Assembly: GCA_964397295.1 (NCBI GenBank)
Contig: CAYNJG010000004.1
Span: forward strand, 8,302 to 72,301
Reading direction: 5' to 3'
Length of the DNA stretch: 64,000 nt
From: an uncultured Pirellulaceae bacterium
GTDB lineage: Bacteria > Planctomycetota > Planctomycetia > Pirellulales > Pirellulaceae
The notes under the pieces were generated by a model. It had not been told where the DNA came from, did no database searches, and saw nothing but the letters and a program-made list of their open reading frames with translations. Both the position numbers and the translations under genes were made by a program. Below, one piece after another: positions 56,883-64,000 of this stretch. Every line of letters begins with the position of its first letter. The stretch's first letter is position 1.

Positions 56883-58400
56883 CTACTTGGCTCCAGTTGC
56901 CTCGGTTTCCGGAGGTGATGAGACAAGAGCGGGCACGTTCGGAAAACTAACTATCTCACCCTCTGTCTTGAAAATTGCGATCCGACATTTTTCGGCGTAG
57001 CCTGGATCAGCGTTGGAAATCAAATATCGAACAGGATCAAATAGATCGGGAGTGAAGACCAATGCAATTCTTAGGCGTTTTGCCGCAATACAGCATTTTT
57101 CGGTAAATACGTCGGTTCGATCCGCAGGAGGTTTTAGTCGAAAACCATTTCCAAAAAGAACGCCCTTAGCGAAATCAGCAACCTCGTCTCTCGCAAAGTC
57201 TTCCTGTAGATTTCTTTCGAGTTGGGTGATTTTTGCAATGTTTACTGCGCGCTTATCTTTCCCCTCCGCTTCACCTAGAAATCTTCCTTCTGCACTAGTG
57301 AATACCGCATCAAATTCGGATTCGCCATCGTCAAAACCCTCAGCCGAAAATCCAAGCTGTCGTAGGGAGAATAGGATGATTTCTTCAAGTGGTTTCCCTT
57401 TTTCAAAAAGCAGGCGCCGTAGTTCGCCAATTTGAGAAAGTTCTTTCACCAGTTCTATTTTTTCGTTGTTTAGTTCCTCTATGCGTTCGGTTTTTTCTTC
57501 TATTCTAACTTCGAGTTCATTTTCTTTGGGGACGCGTAAGCTTGGAGATGCGGTCCATTCTGGCGGTGGCGTAATCTGTGAGTCTGCCTTTAACGCATCC
57601 GATACTGACAGCAAAGAGGCGGACAGTCGATGGCCGAATTGAATAGCAGTTTTCGTCCAATGTTTGTCATCTAATTCAATAAATTCTCTATCGTCGTATG
57701 TGAAAGGAGGCAGGAAAATCATAGCTCCCGACTTACCTCGTATTGCTGCGGCTACAGTCAAATCACCGCATTGCGTTTTGATGAATTCATCGGTGAATTC
57801 ACCACTAATTGTTGCTAGATATGGTGATACGTCACCAAATTGATCCCAGTACGTCGCGAGGAATGTGAGATCGGTTGCTGGACGGACGCGTTCACCACTT
57901 CGTGCATGAACCGAGAGCTCAATTGGAATCGCAGAATACGATGAAGCAGGTTCTACGAAATTTGTCGTCTTACGATTTCGACCGGTACCAGAGTGTTCTT
58001 TCTGACCTGTTTGAACAAATACTGTTTCCGGAGTCTGAAGGTAAACAAAAATTGTCTTCCCTGCCTCAAAAGCTGTCTTGAGTTCGGTCCGCCAGTGACT
58101 CAATTGTTCGCGTAGGCGAAAGGATCCAGATTCTCCTAACGATAGTTTTCCTCGATAGTAAGACACATGGTCCGGTTCAATGTTGAAGCCAGGGGAGTAC
58201 ACGATGATGTCAGCGTCAAGTAAGGACTGATTTGACCAGAAACTGACATACTCCGCAGCATTACCAGGGAGTTGGAGTCCAACGGAAAAGATTGTCCTAG
58301 CAGACATTTCGGCACTCAGGGAGTAGCGTTGCTCATTCAGGGTAGGACAGTTGAAAGCATGTGTAGGTTCGGTGCGACCAAAACGACTAACTAAGTTCAC
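56883..58400 (-). CDS. Hypothetical protein: N-terminal alpha/beta region, central coiled coil, C-terminal PD-(D/E)xK-like nuclease motif
   Basis: 505 aa (alternative start at 58307). Coiled coil: ENELEVRIEEKTERIEELNNEKIELVKELSQIGELRRLLFEKG. This is followed by LRQLGFSAEGFDDGESEFDAVFTSAEGRFLGEAEGKDK (D ... E-x-K spacing). The DNA is markedly AT-rich relative to its surroundings. Confidence 0.6.
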   Translation of the reverse strand: MNLVSRFGRTEPTHAFNCPTLNEQRYSLSAEMSARTIFSVGLQLPGNAAEYVSFWSNQSLLDADIIVYSPGFNIEPDHVSYYRGKLSLGESGSFRLREQLSHWRTELKTAFEAGKTIFVYLQTPETVFVQTGQKEHSGTGRNRKTTNFVEPASSYSAIPIELSVHARSGERVRPATDLTFLATYWDQFGDVSPYLATISGEFTDEFIKTQCGDLTVAAAIRGKSGAMIFLPPFTYDDREFIELDDKHWTKTAIQFGHRLSASLLSVSDALKADSQITPPPEWTASPSLRVPKENELEVRIEEKTERIEELNNEKIELVKELSQIGELRRLLFEKGKPLEEIILFSLRQLGFSAEGFDDGESEFDAVFTSAEGRFLGEAEGKDKRAVNIAKITQLERNLQEDFARDEVADFAKGVLFGNGFRLKPPADRTDVFTEKCCIAAKRLRIALVFTPDLFDPVRYLISNADPGYAEKCRIAIFKTEGEIVSFPNVPALVSSPPETEATGAK

Positions 58401-58728
58401 TCATGTGATAATCCACAATTAAACCATTACCACCTGACTCGGGCAAGTTGCCGTAGTGCTATCACCTGGGGTGATACTAAATCACCAGCAATCGCAGGAA
58501 GCAAAGTGAGTCCCAGCACTGTGTCACTAGTCGGGTTACATGCGTTGCTCACGGCTTCGCTTGCTCGCTAGTAGTTCACGACTAGGTCGTACGTACCGTT
58601 GTATCCGCAATGTTTTTGCGAACTACTGTAAGGAACTCAATAAGTCTTTCCTCGGACAGGAATGTCTCACAGAGGTACGGTGGCACAGAGAGTGGATAGT
58701 TTCCTGGTATCGTCGATGACGTTTTCTA

Positions 58729-59274
58729 CTACCCAATAGCTCGGACTAGTTCGTCGTAGGTCGAAACGATTTCCTTGGTCGTCTCCGATTCCTGCGACTC
58801 AAGGTGCGCGCTTGCTTCGGTGATCGCCGTGGTGAGAATTGATTTTTCGAAGTCGTCGGCTTCTTCGATCAGTTTGCAGATTTGGTTGAATCCGTTTTGA
58901 CCGTACTCGGCATCTTTCGCGTACGCCTTTGACTGATTCAGGCAGAACGCAAGCCACGCAGTGAAGCGAGCGATGCTGGACCACGAGGCTTCGTCTGACT
59001 GTGGAGGCTGTTCGGATGTGGTTGCCACTTCGTCAACGACCGCCTTCAGCCATCGTCCTTCGTTTCGGCAAGGTTCACCTTTCGCCAGCGTCGGATCGTC
59101 GAGCAACTGTTCGGCGACTTGGATGACGTCGGCCGACATGTTCGGCATCTCGGCCCAAACCGACGAGATGGCTTTCTTGCCGCCTCGCGCGTCGATTTGT
59201 TCTTCCGTTGCGTCAATCAATAAATTCGTCGCCGTGACGAATGCGCGTAAGATAGTGTGCATGGTTCCGTCCAA
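58729..59274 (-). CDS. Hypothetical acidic helical protein
   Basis: 181-aa ORF with no recognisable motif. A 328-nt non-coding gap separates it from the 505-aa gene. Confidence 0.4.
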   Translation of the reverse strand: MDGTMHTILRAFVTATNLLIDATEEQIDARGGKKAISSVWAEMPNMSADVIQVAEQLLDDPTLAKGEPCRNEGRWLKAVVDEVATTSEQPPQSDEASWSSIARFTAWLAFCLNQSKAYAKDAEYGQNGFNQICKLIEEADDFEKSILTTAITEASAHLESQESETTKEIVSTYDELVRAIG

Positions 59275-59295
59275 AGCAAGTGTCGCAATGCTGGC

Positions 59296-60225
59296 TTAGC
59301 TAAAGTGTTGTCGGAGCAACGCGAGGCTCTTCTTCACTGAATCCTCGATCTCCGCTTTTCCTTCGAACTCAAGCGAAACATAGCCACGATAATTGGCATC
59401 TTGCATGATCTTCGCCACGCGGGCGTAATCGATGTCCAGCGTGTACCACGAACCACCGCCGAAGTACGTTTTGGCTTGCATCAAGACTGCTTGCGGTGCG
59501 ATCGCCTCGAGTTGCGTGTATTGATCCTCAAGGAAGTTACCCGTGTCGGCAGTAATCTGTAGCCATGGCGAATCGATCGCGTCAACAATGCGTTTTACGC
59601 CTGCGGCGGTGCGACCGAGTCCCCAGTGGTTTTCGAGACCCAGCGTGACGCCACATTTCTCCGCGGTGGGAATCAGTTTTTCGATCGCGCCGATGACCCA
59701 ACCGAAACCTTGGTCGTCGGTGTAGCCTTTGAGGGTCGGTTCTATGCCCTTGTTCTTCATGAGCTCATCGAACGAACCGCTCGTTCCCCAGCGTCCGGTA
59801 TTGATACGCATCGTTGGAATACCCATCTGATAGGCTTCCTCGATTTGTTTGATCGTTTTGTCGACTTCACTTTGTCGCTCTGCTTCGTCAGGCTTCACGA
59901 AACTCTGGTGCGTGGAGTAGCCCATCAAGTCGAGGCCCAGCTTGAACGCTTTCTGCTTAATCTTCTGCAACTGGCCGTTAGCAGGATCTTTTTCTTCGAA
60001 CTGGACCTTAAGAATTTCGACGCCATCGAATCCCATGTCGGCTGCGAGCTCCAGGCATTTTTCGATAGGGCGAAAATCATCGCGACGGAATTGCCAGAAC
60101 GAATACGTGGAAACGCCGATCGGGTTGATCCACGGTCGTTTGGATTCTTGCGCGAGCGTTGGTGACGACAGAGCGACAGCGCCCGTTAAAGCTAGTCCAG
60201 ATTGGATGAATGTTCGTCTTTGCAT
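59296..60225 (-). CDS. Sugar phosphate isomerase/epimerase (xylose-isomerase-like TIM barrel) with TAT signal
   Basis: The start is taken at MQRRTFIQSGLALTGAVALSSPTLAQ (60225). The body (GFDGVEI.., LGLENHWG, GYVSLEFEG) is typical of the family. Confidence 0.75.
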   Translation of the reverse strand: MQRRTFIQSGLALTGAVALSSPTLAQESKRPWINPIGVSTYSFWQFRRDDFRPIEKCLELAADMGFDGVEILKVQFEEKDPANGQLQKIKQKAFKLGLDLMGYSTHQSFVKPDEAERQSEVDKTIKQIEEAYQMGIPTMRINTGRWGTSGSFDELMKNKGIEPTLKGYTDDQGFGWVIGAIEKLIPTAEKCGVTLGLENHWGLGRTAAGVKRIVDAIDSPWLQITADTGNFLEDQYTQLEAIAPQAVLMQAKTYFGGGSWYTLDIDYARVAKIMQDANYRGYVSLEFEGKAEIEDSVKKSLALLRQHFS

Positions 60226-60371
60226 GTGAGCCTGCAGGATTGGAGTTGGCTGAATCGTCCGGGCAATGTCAACACGCCCGTGCACAAAAGTACCAGTCCG
60301 CACGCACGCACTCAAGCGAGTCTTTCGAAAATCGATGCGTGGCCAGCATGCCGACGATTTCGACACCAGAG

Positions 60372-61619
60372 CTACCAGGCCACTTCGCAGTCAGGTAAAG
60401 CCTGCTTGAGAAAATCGACGCCTTTGGGCGTTGCTCCGGTGGAGCCCAGCCTAAGCGTTCGAAGGTTCTTCAACGATTTTAGATGCACTAGCCCTTCATC
60501 GGTGATCTCATTGTTGTTTCGAAGGTCTAGAAAGGTGAGTCCCTTTAATTGCGTCAAATGTTCTACGGCCTCATTGGTGATCGGAGACCGATTTATGATG
60601 AGAGTTTCGAGCTGCGTTATTTTCGCAATCGTTTTTGCAAACTCGTCGCTGACGCCGTCGCCTTCGACCGTGAGACTTTTGAGATGCGGTAGTTGGTGCT
60701 GTACTAGCTTGTGCAATACTTGGGGTGAGATTCGAATGCTGTAGAGTGCTAGTTCCGTGACAAGTCCTTTGCCATCTGCTTGGTTGGTACCCACGACGCC
60801 GATCATCCGGTAGCCGTCAGGTGTTCGCAGGTTGTTGAAGGCTTCCTGAATCTGAGCGGCCGTTGGCTTCGCGTCGTCCGGAAACAGCGGCGCGTCCGAT
60901 ACTTCGTAGTGGTCTTCCCCAGCAACGATCTGGCATTGAGGCAGTGATTCTTTAAGTTTTTTTACTCCCTCTTCAGTAACGTTTGTTCCCATCAACGTCA
61001 GGCTAGTCAGCTTGGTCAGGTCGTGGAGGTGTTTGAGCCCTTCGTCCGTGATGTCGGTGTGATCGAGTCGCAACCAAGTGAGTTGTGACAATCGGGCTAA
61101 CTGTGCCAACCCTTGGTCATTGAGCTTGCTGTTCGCCAACGAAACCGATTCTAAGTTTGGCAGCTTGGCGAGATGTCGGAAGCCGGTACCCGTTACGCTC
61201 GACCGATACAGGTATAGTGTCTTTAAGTTCTGCATTTGTTTGAGATGCTCAAGGCCATCGTCAGTCACCTCGACGCCATAGCCGAGCTCGATCACTTCCA
61301 TGTCATCAAGCCTGCCCAAAGTTGAGAGAACCTGGTCGCTCGCTTTGAATTGAAAACTGTCGCGCTGCCGTCCCTGATTTGTCGCAAAGTCGACTACCGT
61401 CACGCGCCGAAAAAATTCTTCGCCGATGAATGTTTGAAGCCACTTCGGAGTCGATTTGAATCGTGGCTTGGTCTGGACGATGGTGCCACCATTTTCTTGA
61501 ATGTGGCTCACGGCCAGTTTTTGGTTGCGCACATCGTTCGTGATCAGCCCTAGCCAAATGGCAACGCAGGTGATCACGACCAAGAGGCTGGCCAAGCTGA
61601 ATCGAACCAGTTTTTTCAT
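60372..61619 (-). CDS. Leucine-rich repeat protein, N-terminally anchored
   Basis: 415 aa with an N-terminal TM helix. Multiple ~24-aa LRR units follow (L..L..L.L..T.VTD.GL..L). Confidence 0.8.
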   Translation of the reverse strand: MKKLVRFSLASLLVVITCVAIWLGLITNDVRNQKLAVSHIQENGGTIVQTKPRFKSTPKWLQTFIGEEFFRRVTVVDFATNQGRQRDSFQFKASDQVLSTLGRLDDMEVIELGYGVEVTDDGLEHLKQMQNLKTLYLYRSSVTGTGFRHLAKLPNLESVSLANSKLNDQGLAQLARLSQLTWLRLDHTDITDEGLKHLHDLTKLTSLTLMGTNVTEEGVKKLKESLPQCQIVAGEDHYEVSDAPLFPDDAKPTAAQIQEAFNNLRTPDGYRMIGVVGTNQADGKGLVTELALYSIRISPQVLHKLVQHQLPHLKSLTVEGDGVSDEFAKTIAKITQLETLIINRSPITNEAVEHLTQLKGLTFLDLRNNNEITDEGLVHLKSLKNLRTLRLGSTGATPKGVDFLKQALPDCEVAW

Positions 61620-61701
61620 GTTGGCCCCAGTGCACTCGTTGTGGAGAACACATTGTAAAGGCCGTTACATCTCAAGCAAGACGTTTCGTCTTATGTGTTG
61701 C

Positions 61702-63495
61702 TCATTCGATTCGCGTGAGCATCATCAACCGAAAGTCCATGACCTGCGAACCGGGGATGTCGGTTGCGCGGAGGCTGAGTTTTCCGTTGCCTTTCTTTAG
61801 TTCGATCGTACCCATCGAAAGTGGTTTGAAATCTTTCACGTACGATTCCGCGCGGGGAAAGCGATCGTGCTCGGCGCCTTGCAGCGGCGGGTCATGCGTT
61901 TCGGTGATTTTCGAGGCAAGCTTGGCGCCCTGGAAAGTGAGTTCGAATGTCGAGCCAACATCCGCCGCTGGGCAGGTGTAGTAGATCTGCACTTCGAACT
62001 TACCGTCGGCAGGAACTTCGACGTCCCACGTGATGCGGTCATCGAGCGTCTTCCAGTTACTGAAGAACGAACAGTTGGGAAAGCGATTCGAACGTTCGAT
62101 ACCGCCGATCGTTTTTGCGTCTCGTGCTGGGATCTGGGTGTACTTGTAGTCCGGATGACCGACGATGAACGGACGGTCATCTGATTCGAGTTCCGGTAAC
62201 AGCTCTTGCTTCCATGCTTCCACGGCGGTTCTCATTTTACTTGCAACCTTCTCGTTTTGGATCGGCGTGCGCTGTCCGGGATCGGTGGTCATCTCGAACA
62301 GTTGTCCTTTTCCGTCGTAGCGATATCGTTGCGAACGCACACTCACTCGGCCTCGCCAGTGGTTGAAGATCAAGCGATCCGGCCATGAGGCGGCGGTGTC
62401 GGTAAGCAGTGGCACAAGGCTCATGCCGTCGAGCTTTTTCTTAGGCGTGTGTTCGATGCCAGCCAGCTCACTGAGTGTTGGTAGTAAATCTATCGCTGCT
62501 GCAATTTGTGGCTCGCGTGTGCCGGCCTTGAGTTTGGCTGGGTAACGAATGAGCAATGGCGAACGCACGCCGCCTTCGTCGGTCGATCCTTTGCGGCCTT
62601 TCATCTCGCCGTTCCAGCGCGCGCCGTTCGGGCCGTTGTCATGAAAGAAAACGACGATGGTGTCGTTGGTCAAATCGAGTTCATCAAGCTTTTTCAAAAG
62701 TCGACCGACATTCCAATCAATGTTCTCACACATCGCGAGCGCCGCGCGCAGATGCAATGGATTCTCTTTTTCTTCACCATCGCGATGATGCATTCTGAGC
62801 TCTTTTTCTTGGAATCGATTCCAAAATTCGTCAGGTACTTGCATGGGCGAATGCGGCGTGTTGTATGGCAAGTAGACGAAGAACGGCTGTTTGCGATGTT
62901 GTTCGATGAATTTAATCGCGTTATTTGTGAGGTCGTCGACAAGAAAGCCCTTGCCGGTAGTCAGCTGACCATTGCGCTCGAGCATCGGGTCAAAGTAGTT
63001 GCCCCAATGGCCTGAACAAAACCCGTAAAAGTAGTCGAATCCACGACCATTCGGGTGATATGGGTACTGCATCCCGTTATGCCATTTGCCGAAGGCCGCG
63101 GTGGTGTAGCCCGCCGACTTGAATACGTCGGCGATCGTTTGTTCATCTACGTCCATGCGTTCTCCTCCCGCGGAGGTGGAGTAGACACCGGATCGGGGGT
63201 GGTAGCGCCCTGTTAGAAACTCAGCGCGTGTTGGCGAACAGACGGGGCAAACGTAAAACGACTCGAAACTGGCTCCATCGCGAGCCAGCGAGTCAATGTT
63301 CGGTGTCGAAAGATTCGTGTTGCCATTCAGGCTCAAGTCGCCCCAGCCCTGATCGTCTGTCAGAATCACGACGACATTTGGTGAGTCCGCTTGCGCAACT
63401 TGCGCAGTTTGAAAACAGAGTGCGTCTGCTACCAATCCGACAACGCAAGAACCAACTAAAACAGCGGTATTCTTATTGCCCATATTCACTTTCAA
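61702..63495 (-). CDS. Arylsulfatase (formylglycine-dependent sulfatase family) with C-terminal beta-sandwich domain
   Basis: Signal peptide, [12 protein letters not shown] and the [12 protein letters not shown] (C-x-P-x-R) active-site motif. Confidence 0.9.
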   Translation of the reverse strand: MKVNMGNKNTAVLVGSCVVGLVADALCFQTAQVAQADSPNVVVILTDDQGWGDLSLNGNTNLSTPNIDSLARDGASFESFYVCPVCSPTRAEFLTGRYHPRSGVYSTSAGGERMDVDEQTIADVFKSAGYTTAAFGKWHNGMQYPYHPNGRGFDYFYGFCSGHWGNYFDPMLERNGQLTTGKGFLVDDLTNNAIKFIEQHRKQPFFVYLPYNTPHSPMQVPDEFWNRFQEKELRMHHRDGEEKENPLHLRAALAMCENIDWNVGRLLKKLDELDLTNDTIVVFFHDNGPNGARWNGEMKGRKGSTDEGGVRSPLLIRYPAKLKAGTREPQIAAAIDLLPTLSELAGIEHTPKKKLDGMSLVPLLTDTAASWPDRLIFNHWRGRVSVRSQRYRYDGKGQLFEMTTDPGQRTPIQNEKVASKMRTAVEAWKQELLPELESDDRPFIVGHPDYKYTQIPARDAKTIGGIERSNRFPNCSFFSNWKTLDDRITWDVEVPADGKFEVQIYYTCPAADVGSTFELTFQGAKLASKITETHDPPLQGAEHDRFPRAESYVKDFKPLSMGTIELKKGNGKLSLRATDIPGSQVMDFRLMMLTRIE

Positions 63496-63714
63496 AACTC
63501 GTTCGTCGAAAAAAAGACGGGATAAGCAATTTGCGGTGGCGGATTTCGCGCGTCAATGCTGCTCTCTAGGAGTGTCGGAGAGGAATTGGAGGAGGGGCAT
63601 TTCTTAATTTCTTCCAAATTCTTGTACGATATCAACATTTGGTTACCTTACCAAAGTAGCTAGTAAATTACCCACCATCTAGCTGGACATCACGGAATAC
63701 AAGAGGAAGATTCG

Positions 63715-64000
63715 ATGAACAGGTTTGAGGCACGGCGACGGAACCGAATGAGTTCTAGGCCGAAATCACGGCGTCGATTAGTAGAACCACTGGAAGCCCG
63801 CCGGCTTATGGCCGCGGACACAGCGACGTCAGTTTGTGCGGCAGGTGCTTGCACCGAAACGGAATCATTCTCGGGAATACCCGACCTGAATGACTCGGCA
63901 ATTTTTGATCAATTCGATCCATCACTCGGTACTTTGCTTTCTGTGAAAGTAAGTATGGATTTGACGTCCGAGGGCGGATCTTTCCAGGCGGACAACGACA
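63715..64000 (+). CDS. 5' part of a secreted-protein gene (runs off the window)
   Basis: From the ATG at 63715 the frame is open to the window end. MNRFEARRRNRMSSRPKSRRRLVEPLEARRLMAAD is the basic-leader plus LE.RRL motif common at the N-terminus of large planctomycetal extracellular proteins. Confidence 0.55.
   Translation, partial: MNRFEARRRNRMSSRPKSRRRLVEPLEARRLMAADTATSVCAAGACTETESFSGIPDLNDSAIFDQFDPSLGTLLSVKVSMDLTSEGGSFQADND

Overview
This 64-kb chromosomal segment looks planctomycetal (Pirellulales-like). Supporting gene content: a DUF1592/DUF1588 + DUF1552 pair, a DUF1559 prepilin-type protein, a BlaI/BlaR1-PQQ fusion, a sulfatase, an LRR protein, dockerin-like + PEP-CTERM tails and Gfo/Idh/MocA oxidoreductases. 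Housekeeping genes include gltA, rlmKL, a DHOD-like gene and tRNA-Ala(GGC). About 60 genes are called.

The most notable region is a tRNA-Ala-linked island (about 41.2-51.8 kb). It opens with a truncated integrase and carries a complete type I R-M system (hsdM-hsdS ... hsdR, minus strand). The hsdS-hsdR gap holds five extra units:
- two decayed accessory genes: a GIY-YIG/DUF4357 gene with two frameshifts, and a collapsed DUF4062-type gene;
- an intact three-gene cassette (double zinc-ribbon protein, DUF3800 protein, 166-aa orphan). This is my best candidate for an undescribed defence module.

A second candidate is an AT-rich two-gene islet (56.5-58.4 kb) encoding a coiled-coil protein with a PD-(D/E)xK-like C-terminus.

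Other observations:
- an hsdS C-terminal relic next to a palindromic REP/MITE-like element that recurs in the window;
- a GxxExxY gene with an in-frame TAG that the ORF track misses;
- a segmental duplication with a cytochrome P450 sitting exactly at the junction;
- a 1192-aa glycine-rich orphan protein;
- a G/Y low-complexity secreted protein.

All functional calls come from motif recognition by eye. No database search was run.
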